Shown here one piece after another: positions 1-13,815 of a DNA stretch of 64,000 nt (the stretch's first letter is position 1; each line of letters opens with the position of its first letter). This stretch comes from Octopus vulgaris (lineage: Eukaryota). The stretch lies in contig OX597822.1 in the NCBI GenBank assembly GCA_951406725.2, positions 89,466,001-89,530,000 of the forward strand. The letters are read 5' to 3'. The notes under the pieces were generated by a model that had not been told where the DNA came from, did no database searches, and was given only the letters and a program-made list of their open reading frames with translations. A program made the position numbers and the translations under genes.

Positions 1-1389
1 GAACATTTTACCACAGATATTACAGTGATAAGGCTTTACTCCAGTATGAACATGTTTGTGTTTAGTTAAGGCACTTCCTTCAGAGAATGTTTTACCACAG
101 ATATCACAGTGATATGGCTTCTCTCCTGTATGAATGCGTTTGTGTTTTGTTAATGTACTATTTACAGTGAATGATTTACCACAGACATCACAATGATATG
201 GTTTCTCTCCTGTATGAATACGTTTGTGAGAAGTTAATCCGCAAGTTTGTGGGAATGATTTACCACAGATATCACAACGATATGGCTTTGCTCCAGTATG
301 AATGCGTTGGTGAGTAGTTAACTGACAACTTAGAGAGAATGATTTACCACAGATATCACAGTGATATGGTTTTTCTCCTGTATGAATGCGTTTATGGTTA
401 GTTAAGTAATCATTTCGAACAAATGATTTACCACAGACATCACAGTGATAGGGCTTCACTCCAGTATGAATACGTTTGTGAGGAGTTATTTCACTACTTA
501 CAGAGAATGATTTACCACAGATATCACAGTGATATGGCTTCTCTCCTGTATGAACGCGTTTGTGGCTAATTAAGGCACTTCCTTGAGAAAAGGATTTACC
601 ACAGATAGCACAGTGATATGGCTTCTCTCCTGTATGAATACGTTTGTGACTAGTTAACTCCCCACTTCGAGTAAAAGATTTACCACATATATCGCAGTGA
701 TATGGTTTCTCACCTGTATGAATACGTTTGTGAGTATTTAAATCATTTTTTTGACAGAATGATTTACCACATACATCACAGTGATAGGGCTTCTCTCCTG
801 TATGAATACGTTTGTGAGTAGTTAATGTACCGTTTTCAGAGAATGATTTACCACAGATATCACACTGATAGGGCTTCTCCCCTGTATGAAGGTCTTTGTG
901 TTTAGTTAAGCTGCTGCTTTGAGAGAATGATTTACCACAGATATTACAATTATATGGCTTCACTCCTGTATGAGTACGTTTGTGCTGAGTTAAAGCACCT
1001 TTCTCTGAGAATGATTTGCCACAAATATCACAGTGATATGGTTTTTCTCCTGTATGAATGCGCTTGTGTTTAGTTAAGGTACTCTTTACAGAGAATGATT
1101 TACCACAGATATCACAATGATATGGTTTCTCCCCTGTATGAATACGTTTGTGAATAGCAACCTCATCATTTCGAAGGAATGATTTACCACAGATATCACA
1201 ACAATAGCGCTTCTCTCCAGTATGAATACGTTTGTGTGTGGTTAGATTACTTTTCTGAGTGAATGACTTTTTACAGATATCACAGTGGTATGATATTTTC
1301 CTCATCTCTTTCAGATTTTCATCAGGAAAATCTGTTCTAAGCAACTCTGACTTGCGTTTATTTTGGTTGTCACATAATTCATTTTCCAT
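1..1389 (-). CDS. C2H2 zinc-finger protein (ZNF-A), 15 complete fingers plus one partial, 3' end outside window
   Basis: Manual translation from ATG at 1389: [60 protein letters not shown]..., then 84-bp repeats with HTGEKPY linkers, open to base 1. Missing from the ORF track because no stop lies in the window. No KRAB/BTB/SCAN/ZAD domain. Confidence 0.95.
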   Translation of the reverse strand, partial: MENELCDNQNKRKSELLRTDFPDENLKEMRKISYHCDICKKSFTQKSNLTTHKRIHTGEKRYCCDICGKSFLRNDEVAIHKRIHTGEKPYHCDICGKSFSVKSTLTKHKRIHTGEKPYHCDICGKSFSEKGALTQHKRTHTGVKPYNCNICGKSFSQSSSLTKHKDLHTGEKPYQCDICGKSFSENGTLTTHKRIHTGEKPYHCDVCGKSFCQKNDLNTHKRIHTGEKPYHCDICGKSFTRSGELTSHKRIHTGEKPYHCAICGKSFSQGSALISHKRVHTGEKPYHCDICGKSFSVSSEITPHKRIHTGVKPYHCDVCGKSFVRNDYLTNHKRIHTGEKPYHCDICGKSFSLSCQLTTHQRIHTGAKPYRCDICGKSFPQTCGLTSHKRIHTGEKPYHCDVCGKSFTVNSTLTKHKRIHTGEKPYHCDICGKTFSEGSALTKHKHVHTGVKPYHCNICGKMF

Positions 1390-2069
1390 AATTTTTCATC
1401 TATCACCACAGTATGCAAATACTGTTCTTTGTTTTTTTTTTATATTGTATTCTAAGTAAATATTTTTACAACAATTGTTTTCTTTGTGTCTTATACTGTT
1501 GACAACAAATTCATCTTGTAAACATTCCACACAGTGAAGTAGAGATAGTTTGTAAATAACTTTACTTTGAAGAAATCTCTCTCAGTAATTCTACCAGAGA
1601 TTAATGAAATAAAGGTTTATATGTCCTGTATAGCATATAACATCTACCTTTAGATGATAAATATTGATGATGGATCATAAGTTAAAAATACTGCAAGGCA
1701 ATCTCATTTGTTATTCTGAAATGAAAACAAAAAAAAAACTATAAGATATAAGGAATATTTAAATAGTATTTAACAGTAAAATATTTAACTACATTTCTAC
1801 ATTGATAAACTGTAAATATAAACATTTACCTGAACAGCTGAATTGAACCAATTTATCCATCTCCTTACTAGAAGGTAGGGTGTAACATGAGGGGAAGTTG
1901 AGTACATTTTTAGCAAGATGAACCGTCACACACAGCTTTCCTATTATAGCATTATATTTAAAGCTAAATTAGTGTTGATTAAGTTAACCTTATTATTAAA
2001 AGTAAAACCTAATTAAGCAAATTTATGATAAAGACACCTCAACTATAACCTGCTCTTCTTTTTAAGACT

Positions 2070-3350
2070 ATCTTTTATTGTTTACGTATTTCACTAAACC
2101 CTTGAAGAGTTTAGTCAAACAAATCAACACCAGTACTTATTTTTAAGAATTGTACTTATTCTATCAATCTCTTCTGCTGAACCATTTTGAAGACAAACCA
2201 ACCTATACCAGTTGCCAAGCAGTGGTGGGAGACAAACACAGGTGCACACACATATATATATACAGGGGTTGGACAAAATAATGGAAACACCTAGCATCAT
2301 AATTTTGAAATATCTATAAAACTGTCAAAAACTTGCCTATTTGTATGTTTTTTTTATTTATTCTTAGTGTTGCTTAATATGTTTTGCTGTTTCTTTTCAG
2401 ATATCACCAGTAAAAGGTAATTAAAATTCATTAAAATGACAGATCTATCAGACTTTCGAAGAAGTCAAATTGTTGGTGTTCACATGGCAGGCTCTAGCGT
2501 AACGTAAACAGCCAAAATGTTTGGTGTATCAAGAAGTACTGTCTCAAAAGTAATGACAGCCTTTGAGAAAGAGGGTAAAACTTCCTCATTGAAACAAAAC
2601 TCTGGAGGAAAACCAAAACTTTCAGATAGGGACTGTCGGACTCTTATGTGAATTGTTAGAAAAGATCACAAAAGTACAGCTCCCAAAATTATTACAGAGT
2701 TTAATGACCACCTCGAGAACCCAGTTACCACAAAAACTGTTCGCCGGGAGCTGCACAAAGCTGGGTTTCATGGGAGGGTTGCAGGCAGAAAACCACTACT
2801 TTCAAAAACAAACATTGCAAAGCATTTAGAGTGGAGTGAAAACCTACAGAATTGGCCCCTAGAGCAGTGGAAGACTTATTTTCTCAGACGAGTCATCCTT
2901 TACCTTACTTCCAACCACCAGCCAATTATACAAGTGGAGACTGCCAAAAGAAGCATTTGACCCAGACTACCTTTTTACAACTGTTAAACATGGAGGAGGA
3001 TCTGGGGGCTATATCTTGGAAATCTCAATATTATTGAACATTTATGATATATTATAGAAAAACAAGTAAGGAGTCGATATCCTCCACCATCATCACTACA
3101 AGAACTGGAGACTGTTTTAGCTGAAGAATGGACAAAAATTCGTTTGGAAACAATTCAAACTTTGTACGAGTCCATACCTTGTAGAATTCAAGCTGTAATT
3201 ACTGCCAAAGGCAGTCCTACCCCATATTAAAATAAATTGGTTTGAAATTTTAAGGTGTTTCCATTATTTTGTCCAACTCCTGTATATACAACAGGCTTTT
3301 TTCAGTTTTCATTTACCAAATCCACTCATTCACAAGGCTTTGGTCAGCCT
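2070..3350 (-). mobile_element. tRNA-derived SINE split by a Tc1 insertion in its internal (TA)n tract
   Basis: 2070-2260 and 3285-3350 match consecutive parts of the SINE at 62209-62642 (gtacttattctatc...; acaggct..ttcagttt..accaaatccactca). Confidence 0.7.
2263..3282 (+). mobile_element. Tc1-superfamily DNA transposon copy 1, internally deleted and defective
   Basis: TIRs caggggttggacaaaataatggaaacacct / aggtgtttccattattttgtccaactcctg, TA on both sides. Decayed transposase starts MTDLSDF at 2435. About 225 bp around the second catalytic Asp is missing relative to the copy at 54339. Confidence 0.93.
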
Positions 3351-4777
3351 ATGTAGGGTTTTTATTCTTACCTTTTTATTGTTTTGTCAGAAGAGTAGTG
3401 TCCATAACTCATTTTATGGCCTCTGAAAACATCTGGCACTACATTATCTAATGTACTTGCTTTTCGAAACAGTAGAAGTAATTAGAGAGAAAATTGACAA
3501 CTATTTCTAGCAGATCAAACAGGCATAAAAGAAATTTCTTTGTTCTATCAAAAAGTGATGGCCTGTGCTGTGTCATTTAAGGTTCAAGTGGACAGGAGGC
3601 AACCTACATAGGTAGAAATTACTCACTCATGTAGTCTGTCCTAGCTGTCACGACCATTATAAATAAAGTCAGACATACACCAGGAAGCAGACAGCCAGCA
3701 GTTAACTTGTGCCAGTCATGCAGCCAACACAGAACCACATATTCAGTATGAACAACCCAACACAGTAGCAGAACATAAACAGACACGACCGAATGACCAA
3801 CACACAGGCACAAAACATGCCCAGTTCTACCTCATCACATCGACACAGTATCTCCCCTGTTTATTTTCTACTTCGTCAACTCGAAGCAAGTTGGTAATAT
3901 CATGTAGTGAATTTTCTGATGTATACAGTAACACGTAATTGCAAGTGTCAAATAAATTATTTAAACTACAATCCGATGCCTTCCCATTGTTTAACTTTGA
4001 TGTCGTCCACATATTTTTGTTTTAATATTATACTTTTACTTCGTTTCACACATACCAGCAAAAACTCTAACGTGTTTTTTTTTTTTTTAGATGAATTTAT
4101 CGTTCGTTCTCTCTCCACACACTTCGTTACCACTAACTTCTATAACGTCTGCATTTTCACTTATTCATTTCAAACTTGTTTGAATTTTCAGTCTCATGTA
4201 AGCCACACTATCTCGAAAACGTATTTCTGCAAAATGTTATCTAAAATTATGGGTAAAGAAATAGAAAAAACAAATTTGAAAATGGGGGTGGGGGTGAAAT
4301 TTCCGAGGGTTCCACCCACCGGCCTCAGAAAAGGGTTTTGATGCATATTAGGTCACCGGAATTCAGTTAACGAAAAAAAAAAAAAATTCCAATGATTCCG
4401 GGATATGGGGGGGGATTCCCACCTACCCCTAAGGGGGTTGCAGCATATTAGGTCAGGGTACTTGATTCCACACAAAAAGTCCGAGGTTTTTTTTTTTTTT
4501 TCTTAGGGAAAATCGTGCGGGTGAAAGAATAAAAAAATACCGAAATGTGTAGTTATGCCCCAAAATATATAATGCGCCTCCACTGCTATTATGCCTTTTC
4601 ACTTCTAACTCCTATATCCTGAGAAGAAATTACCATTTTCTAACGTTAGTTCTTTTCCTTGAAGGAAATATCTTTTCCTACATCTGTAGACATAATTACT
4701 ACTGTATCTTCGAAGTTCACAGAATTCTATTATTTGCACACATTATTACAGTTTAAAACAAATCTCAGTCAACTTAC

Positions 4778-5135
4778 CATTTTCAGTTGTAAAAAATGAC
4801 ACATTGTGCGGTACGTTTTTAGCAATCTATCGTAAAAACGATTTTATTGTTAGATGGGAATTTTCGAAGGTTTAATTAATTCCATCTTACAGATGCTGTC
4901 CAACGGGCAATCTACAACATATAGCCACAGATTCGTAACTCGTAGTAGGTAATATGACTGTCTTTAGCCACAGTTTCTATGCAGAGTGTACGCGCGCATA
5001 TGTATATATATGTGAGGTGAGTTGTGGAGTCATAAGAAGTCAATGTAGCATATATTACTTTCTTCCCAGGGTATAAAGCAATAAAAAAATAATCACGGTA
5101 CTACTTATGCATCATATATTGTAGCCGCATTTGGC
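4778..5135 (-). promoter_or_regulatory. Putative non-coding first exon and promoter of ZNF-A
   Basis: CpG-richer segment upstream of the donor with repeated TAGCCRCAG motifs (4922, 4965, related at 5122), also found at 23262 before ZNF-D. Confidence 0.45.
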
Positions 5136-5396
5136 TCTAACGTTTCTAAACAAGCATTTATGCTACCATAATCGACAATGATTTTCCAGAAATATGATTA
5201 GGATTAATGATTACTAAAGTAGGATCTTTTCGGTTTGAACGGCAGTTTTTCCTAGCGGTGTCATATCTAACCCTAAACTTTAGCCTTTCGTTTTGTTTTT
5301 TCTTAATTGTTAAATTAAGTTAATTGTTACGCGTGTGTCTAAAATTATTCGTTTTGTTTTTGTTTTGAGATATACGTGTATTGTTTAAACTATTTT

Positions 5397-5874
5397 CGGA
5401 TCTTTTCCTTTTGAACGGCAGTTTTCAACACAATTTCTAGTTAACTAAACACTTTTAAATTTCGATTACTGGTAGAATGTGTCAAAATAAAACATTTTTT
5501 TCTCTTGGCTTTCTTGAGAAAATTGTAATTTGTAAGTTTAACGTAGTTTAATTTTTCGAATTTTAACCAATCAATGGCCTCTATTGAGCTAAACTCATTT
5601 GCTGCGTCTAAAACAAACAACATCCTGTCACTGTTATGTATACGTACGGAAAGCGTGTGTATAAAATTATAGAATCATTTTGTTTGTTAATTGTTTAAAT
5701 TATTTTCCATTGCTTTCGTAGAAAAAAAAAAAAAAGGCTAAAACGAAAGCAATGGAAAATAGGGATCTTTTCCTTTTGAACGGCAGTTTTGGGATCTACC
5801 AGCATACGAAGTTTAAAAGTGTTTAGTTAACTAGAAATTGTGTTGAAAATTGCCGTTCAAGAGGAAAATATCCC
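5397..5874. mobile_element. MITE with about 80-bp TIRs and 8-bp flanking direct repeat
   Basis: ggatcttttccttttgaacggca...aactaaacactttt...ggtaga (5398-5477) is inverted at 5796-5874. ACTATTTT flanks both ends. Extra terminus copies at 5222 and 5762; 19-bp inverted repeat at 5701-5761. Confidence 0.75.
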
Positions 5875-5889
5875 ACTATTTTTTAATTT

Positions 5890-6240
5890 TTTTCCGGCCC
5901 GGGTCAAATACTATAGTTTAAAGGCCATGGACTGAAGATGTGAATTTTCCGAGTCCTCTCCCCCAACCACCCCTTTCGCGAGAGCGCATTTTTTTGTCAT
6001 ATTCGTTTAGAGCAAGTTGTTTTACACATATTACACTATTTTTTTTTTTTGTTTTTGTGCCCGGGTCAGACCCTCAGACGCTTTCGGAAATTCACGATGT
6101 GAATTTTCCGAGGCCTCTCCCTCACCCCACTTTCGTGAGCGCGCATTTTTTTTTCATATTCGTTTGGAGGAAGTTGTTTTACACCTATTGCACTATTTTT
6201 TTGTTTTATTTTTATGACCGGGTTAAACGCTTTAGTTTAA
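5890..6240. repeat. Two about 160-bp tandem units
   Basis: gatgtgaattttccgag..ctctccc...gcgcattttttt..catattcgtt...aagttgttttacac at about 5937 and 6097. Confidence 0.7.
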
Positions 6241-6427
6241 CCCAAGTAGGATATGAGGTGGTCGTGAAATGTGCTAACTGCTAAATCGCCTTTAAATCAC
6301 AAAATTTTTTTAATTAGCTCCAATCGTATGAATTCTCATGTGTAGATCACAAATTCCCAAAACTTTTCTGAAAATTCCCCAAAATAAGTCACAAGTGTAC
6401 TTAAACCAGAATTCCACCCCACCCCCC

Positions 6428-6786
6428 AATAATAATAAAGAAATATCAATTCAACATTAAGTGCATCAATCGGTCGCACACTACAAGGTTCAACAGACCC
6501 TACTGAAGAAAGCCAATACTCTCGCAGCATTACAGCGGACAATGGCGAGACTAAAGCGTTGGAACAGCCAAGTACTCTCGCAGGAATCACTTAACACCTC
6601 GGTAAGGCGAGCTGCTTCCGCTGTTAGCGGCCCAGCCCCTACAAACATCTCAAATGCCACAGGCTGAAAGAAATGGTTCACCGATACTAAAGGATTTTTT
6701 TCGGTTTGGCTATGGAAATACTTACCCTTTCATTTCCGCAGCATCCAGATGTGAGAGGGAGCAAAGGAGTTACGGGCAGTGGGGTT
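6428..6786 (-). mobile_element. 3' fragment of a CRE-like non-LTR retrotransposon (restriction-like endonuclease C-terminus)
   Basis: Translates to ..NSFAPSH..AAE.K..KY..FQPVAFEMFVGAG...ESTWLFQRFSLAIVRCNAARVL, the typical REL-domain tail pattern (F.P.A.ET.G..G...QRLS.A..RGNA..V). Ends in a short (TAT)n tail. Confidence 0.65.
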
Positions 6787-6787
6787 A

Positions 6788-7831
6788 GGCTAATGCAGTT
6801 TCGCACCCCTCCTTTTTTTTCCGGATTCCTACATTTTAGATATCGGAAATTATGAATATGCAACCCCCACCCATTAACATTTTTTATTTTGCTTACTTTA
6901 AAGAAATTGTAGCAAATCGAAATTAAATACAAAAACATTAAAGTGAAAAGAATTTGCGTTTTACTTGAGTTTGCCTTAATCATAATCCATTTTATTGCCT
7001 TAATCATACACCATTTTATGAGAAAAAAACAATGTTTAGTAACTAATGTTCTAAAGTTTAATAAAGAGCTCAAATTTCACCCCCTCCCCAATGTTTAATT
7101 TTGAACTTTTTCATTTATCCCTGTCCGTTTATTCATAAAATATATTTGTCAGCTAAATGTAGTGGTCCTATAGAAGACTGTGTTACTGTTGTTTTTAGCC
7201 ACAGGAAGACATTCTTATCTCTTTTATACAGGGGAGAATTCACACACACAAAAAAAAAGACAACAAAGATGTATTAGTATAACGCTCGGGAAGTGAAAAG
7301 TCTTCAACGTTTCGAGCCTACGCTCTTCCACAGAAAGAAACAAGGAGAGAAAATAAAGAATGTGTGGTGGCTAGAAAGTGCGAAAAAGTTACGAAAAGTT
7401 CAAAAGCTTCAGACGTCGTGGTGTATTGGAGCGATTTTTCATCAACAGAGGAATCCAGTGTAATCCATAGACAGGAGAAGTGTAGAAAGTCCAGTAGAAG
7501 TTGGTGGGTGATGAGAGAAGACAGATAGAATCCGTAGAAGTTCGGGTGTGATGAGAGGAGACAGGATCAACTGTTGCGACACACATCTATATGCTTATTG
7601 AATTCAAAATTTTGAAAACGTTGTTTCTTGCATATTCGGAATGTCCGTCATGAAAAACGTGGGGAAAAAAATTTCGAAAAAATTCAAAATTTTGGGGTGG
7701 TAGTGGGTGGGTATTTTATTTATTTATTTTTGCATATTCGTAATCTTCGACATCTAAAACGTAGGGATCCGAAAAATTTTTTTTCGAAAAAATGCCTTTT
7801 TCAAGGAGAGGTGCGAAACTGCATTAGCCCC
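6788..7831. mobile_element. Non-autonomous TIR element containing a nested Penelope terminal fragment
   Basis: ggctaatgcagtttcgcacc (6788) inverted as ggtgcgaaactgcattagcccc (7810-7831); subterminal similarity continues inward. Confidence 0.75.
7232..7590 (-). mobile_element. Penelope-like element 3' terminal repeat fragment with hammerhead-like motif
   Basis: Homologous to 57275-57450 and 58580-58670 of the Penelope element. The minus strand reads tttcttt-CTGTGGA-A-GAGC-gtag-GCTC-GAAAC-GTT-gaaga at 7301-7340. Confidence 0.7.
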
Positions 7832-7959
7832 GACAGAGACATCTAAAATGATGCACTTACCTCTTACCTAGAGACAAGGTAAGACTTTCTGGTCTCTTCC
7901 CTTCACTTCTGAGGAGATATTAACCCGAATCAGGGTCATAATAATAATAATAATAATGA

Positions 7960-8257
7960 ACATTATTTGCTAGTGGACGAAAAGGTTAGATTTGAAAGTG
8001 GATTTCTCTCATTCCATAATTAAATGCCTTCTCTCCAGTGTGTAATAGTTTGTGTTTGTAAGAGACTTTGGAAATAAATGATTTTCTGTATACTTCAGTG
8101 ATAGAGTTTATATCCCCTTTTTAAAAAAGAGTTTATATCCCCTTTTTAAAAAATACTTTTGTGTCTGTTTAAATCACTGTTTTTGACAAATGATTTTCCC
8201 ACGTCACAATGGTATGTATTATTTTGTGCACTACTAGAGAACAATTCCCTCCATATT
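7960..8257 (-). pseudogene. Decayed zinc-finger repeats downstream of the ZNF-B stop
   Basis: Residual YHCD-VGKSFVKNSDLNRHK and HTGEK-like codons with stops and indels; 25-bp direct duplication at 8104-8153. Confidence 0.65.
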
Positions 8258-9166
8258 TTAGTGAAATGGTTTTTCTCCTGTGTGTTGTTTTCTATTGTGT
8301 CTTGTTAAACCACTCTTTTTGACAAATAATTTCCCACATACTTCACAATGATAAGGCTTTTCTCCAGTGTGACTACGTTTGTGTATAGCCAGACTAGAAG
8401 TCTGAGTGAAAGATCTTCCACATATTTCACAAATATGAGGATTTTCTCCAGTATGATAACGTTTGTGGATAACAAGATTTGAATTCTGAGTGAAAGATTT
8501 CCCACATATCTCACACTGGAATGGTTTTTCCCCAGTGTGAATTCTTCTATGTGTTGTCAAATCACTTTTACTAACGAAAGATTTTTCGCATATTTCACAA
8601 CGATATGGGTATTCCCCGGTGTGTGTTCTTCTGTGAACTACAAGACAAGAATTTACAGAGAAAGACTTCCCGCATATTTCACAGTCATAAGGTTTTTCTC
8701 CAGTATGACTACGTATGTGAATAACAAGGTTCGAACTCCGAGTGAATGATTTACCACATATTTCACAGGGAAAGGGTTTTTCTCCAGTATGACTGCGTAT
8801 GTGGATAACAAGATTCGAATTATCAATGAAAGATTTTGGGCATATTTCACAACGAAACGGTTTTTCTCCAGCGTGCAATCTTTTGTGTCTTGTTAAGTTC
8901 CTATTTGAGACAAAATACTTCCCACACATTTCGCAGTGATATGGTTTTTTCTTGTGTATTTCTTTGTGGATGAGGACTTCGGGTTCTGAAAAGAATGTTT
9001 TCCTACAAACCACACAGTGATATTCAGGATTACTTCTGTACAGTAGCTTTTGTTTAGTAAATGTTTCATTCCGCGAATTTTTCTCGCCATAATATGGTTG
9101 TATAACTGAATCTATATTGTTAAAGACAGTTGTGTTAGACGTATCCAAGTGATTAGCGTCCTCCAT
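8258..9166 (-). CDS. C2H2 zinc-finger protein (ZNF-B), 302 aa, 9 fingers
   Basis: ORF track. CEICGKSF...HTGEKP repeats, a different subfamily from the CDIC-type neighbours. Strong acceptor (T)10TAG 12 nt upstream of the ATG. Confidence 0.93.
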   Translation of the reverse strand: MEDANHLDTSNTTVFNNIDSVIQPYYGEKNSRNETFTKQKLLYRSNPEYHCVVCRKTFFSEPEVLIHKEIHKKKPYHCEMCGKYFVSNRNLTRHKRLHAGEKPFRCEICPKSFIDNSNLVIHIRSHTGEKPFPCEICGKSFTRSSNLVIHIRSHTGEKPYDCEICGKSFSVNSCLVVHRRTHTGEYPYRCEICEKSFVSKSDLTTHRRIHTGEKPFQCEICGKSFTQNSNLVIHKRYHTGENPHICEICGRSFTQTSSLAIHKRSHTGEKPYHCEVCGKLFVKKSGLTRHNRKQHTGEKPFH

Positions 9167-9414
9167 TCTCGGAGAATTCTAAAAAAAAAATGAAAACTTA
9201 GAAATGTCTGTGAATATAATCTATCATGATATCAACTTGTTTGTCTTAGATATGACATAATATAATTACATTAATCTCATTGCATGATATAATTAAGTTA
9301 AAAGAGCTAGTTAGAAACTAAACTAGGCGGTGTCATTGATGTTTTTTCCCCATCAACGATACCGGTGATACAAATTAAATGTCCCTAATTCAATATTTTT
9401 CAGATAGTTACATA

Positions 9415-10575
9415 TCTATATATATAAAACTGTAGTTGTGTGAGTGTCTGTCTCCTACGATTTAGATTCCTAACTCCTCCCACATTTTGCGGTGGTTTAA
9501 CCAAATTCGGGTATCTTATAGTCGTGATTAATATCGAGCCCGTCTGGCTATTAGCGCGCGTCTACGATGAGTCTACGATTTTAAAAATAATTTAACATAA
9601 TTTTTTATTCCATTTTAATGCATAATTTTTCGTGTGTCGATGGCGGCGGAGTTGGCGTCCACGCTCAAACACCTGCACCTGTGTTTGCTTCTCCCCCTTC
9701 TTCCCTCCCTCGTGAAGCTGTGGGGAAGGGAGTTTAAGGAAATCAACGTCGTAATGCGTTGTCAAGGAGACCAGCGTTCTTTTAGAACAACGACTTCATG
9801 GCTTGAAGACACCAAAACAGAAATGGCTAAGAAAGCCCGAATTGGCATCTATAAAGGAAGTAACTCTCTAAAAATGCTTATATAGTTATTTCCCTTACAA
9901 ACCCGAGCAACGCCGGGCGATACTGCTAGTCTTTATATATAAAAGTGAAGTTGAGTGTCTGTCTACTCCGATTTAGATTCCTAACTCCTCCCACATTTTG
10001 CGGTGCAGTTTAACCAAAATCGGGTATCTTATAGTCGTGATTCATATCGAGCCCTTCTGGGTATTAGCGTGCGTCTACGATGAGTCTACGATTTAAAAAA
10101 TAATTTACCATCATTTTTTTCCATTTTAATGCATATTTTTTTAAAGGGAAGTAACTCTCTAAAAATGTCTACGATGAGTCAACGATTTAAAAAAAAATTT
10201 ACAAGCATATTTTTTCCATTTTTAATGCATTTTTTTGCTATAACTCTCTAAAAATGCTGTATAGTTATTTCCCTTACAAACCCAAGCAACGCCGGGCGAT
10301 ACTGCTAGTACTCCCACATTTTGCGGTGCTGTTTAACCAAAACCGGGTATCTTATAGTCGTGATTCATATCGAGCCCTTCTGGGTATTAGCGCGCGTCTA
10401 CGATGAGTCCACGATTTTAAAAAAAATTTGCCATCATTTTTTTCCATTTTAATGCATTTTTTCGCTATTATATAAGGGAAGTAACTCTCTAATAATGTCT
10501 ACGATGAGTCAACGATTTAAAAAAAAAATTACAATCATATTTTTCCCATAACTCTCTAAAAATGCTTATATAAAA
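9415..10575 (+). mobile_element. Head-to-tail array of non-autonomous Helitrons (two complete units, one partial)
   Basis: Units start TC(T/A)TATATA (9415, 9930) and end in the hairpin cccgagcaacgccggg followed by CTAG (9929, 10308). The third unit is truncated at both ends. Confidence 0.85.
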
Positions 10576-10579
10576 ATGC

Positions 10580-10646
10580 AGAATTCAAGCTGTAATTACT
10601 GCCAAAGGCAGTCCTACCCCATATTAAAATAAATTAGTTTGAAATT
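10580..10646 (+). mobile_element. 67-bp Tc1 subterminal fragment
   Basis: Matches 3183-3249 of Tc1 copy 1 with one mismatch. Confidence 0.85.
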
Positions 10647-10869
10647 GCTCCAAATGTCCATAACAGTGAATTCAGCTACCCAAAAATAGATTGTATTGTG
10701 AAATTGATTTTATTAAAAATAACACAATGGTGAATTATTTCACCAATGTTGATATAATCATGATTGTATAAAATAGTCTTGGAAGGTTACCATATTATGT
10801 TTTTCCTGTTTATATACTTTTCATTGAATTAGTTTTTGACATCAGTATAGTTATTTTTGTGTATAAATA

Positions 10870-12110
<1,241 letters not shown>

Positions 12111-13815
12111 AATTTTTCATCTTTCACTACACTATATATTTCTTCAGGAACATTTCCCACCACTGTAATCAACACTTGTGAAGCTGCAAATTTCTTTGCA
12201 GTCCAAATTTATTTAAAATCATAAATAAAGTGAATTCTAGAAATATTGCTACTATCCTCACTCAGAGATTAATATTTCACTGTAATTCTATGGCAGATCT
12301 ATATAAACAGGTGGTACCTGACTACTATAACATCTTTTGATTAAAAAAAAAAAAATTTATATAGATGATGCAAGTGAAGAAAATGATTTCTAATGCCAAT
12401 GCTGTCTGACAGTCTGAAATAATAAAGAAACAGTGGAAGATATAGAGGATACTTAAAAAGTAGGAATTCAACAGTGTTATACTTCTATATCAATAAACTA
12501 GAAACATTTATTTGAACAACTGAACTTTAACTTTTTAAACTGTAAGTAAAACTGCATCAAACAGCCTTGACATAAAGTCTACATATATATAGACAACAGC
12601 TTCATCATTAGATTGTGCTGCATTTTATATATTAAACTACAAAATATTAGACAATTTTTTCTCTTTAAAATTGTCATTCATCAGTATTTTTAGCCTCAGC
12701 TCAGCACTGACTAAGCATACTTATAATCAAAGACACTTCAGCCATAATGATCCTTTTCATTGTGTACCATCAACTACATTATCCAATATAGTCCTTAATT
12801 TTCAAAACTAGCTTCCCGGCTAAATAAAAATCTATTATATGCAACAGAAAGAATATATTTGCCTTTTCATGATGTATTTGTATTAAGTATGATACACAGA
12901 TGGCTATTTTAATCTAATGCTGCTATTGCATATAACAGATTTTTATTCAACTGAGTGGCTAACTACAGCAACGACATCTTAAACTTAATTTTCACCTTTA
13001 TCTTTATGATTCACTTTAAAGATTAATACAGGTAAGAGGGCAAATAAATGTTTCCTTGCTATTCGGCTGATTTCGGGTGCATAGAAAATTTCACAAGCTC
13101 AAAAGAAATCGTTGAGCATGTAGATGCGGTTCTCTAATTCATATAAATTTGGGTAGAGAAGTAATTTACTAAGAACCGACAGGATGTATTTGACATTTTA
13201 CGCCACGGCTGTGTGGCATCATGTTTAATAACTTTGTAATATAATTATTCTAATTTTCCAACAAATAATGAAACAATCTTTTCCTTCTTTTACTTTTCAA
13301 TAATGAAACAAATACGAAAAATATGTTGGAACAGCAAAAAAGACGTTGGTGCTAATGACATAATGCTTTCGGTCCTTAATACTTACTGGAAATATTCTAT
13401 AAAAGGTACTGTCATGTGTGTGTCTAGAAATGTTGTATAAAGAATACTGTTGATACTATATCTGGTAGCTGAGAAGTGTTTCATAACGTTGTACCGTTAC
13501 AATTTCACGATAATTTATAAGTAAAAGACAAATTCGGAAAGAGAAAAAACTCGTCTCGCACATGCGTATTTTTAATGGGAGACAACTCTCGATGTAACCC
13601 TTTTACTTTCAGATTGTCATTTTGCAGTTTAGTCAACTACAATTTGTCTTACCTTTATAGACCCTTCTGCATTTAAATACGACCTAATAAACACAATATT
13701 GAAATTCTTTCGCGACATCTCTTAGATTGGCGTCAAACATTAATAGATTTTGTAAGATAAAATGTTAGAAATATTGCATTTCTAAATCTCTCAGAGTTAA
13801 TCAGTAGCAGCACAA

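Larger units (their letters stand above)
1716..4777 (-). other. Putative 5'UTR intron of ZNF-A
   Basis: Minus-strand donor GAAAATG|GTAAGTT at 4777 and acceptor TTTCATTTCAG| at 1716. The acceptor context is paralogous to 12414 and 19968. Confidence 0.6.

Noticed and set aside
1-1290. 84-bp periodic repeats with variable cores resembling a CRISPR or minisatellite array
   Set aside because: They are in-frame C2H2 finger codons; no cas genes; eukaryotic context.
8305-9090. Overlapping alternate-frame and antisense ORFs in ZNF-B and in the LINE
   Set aside because: Shadows of the real coding frames.
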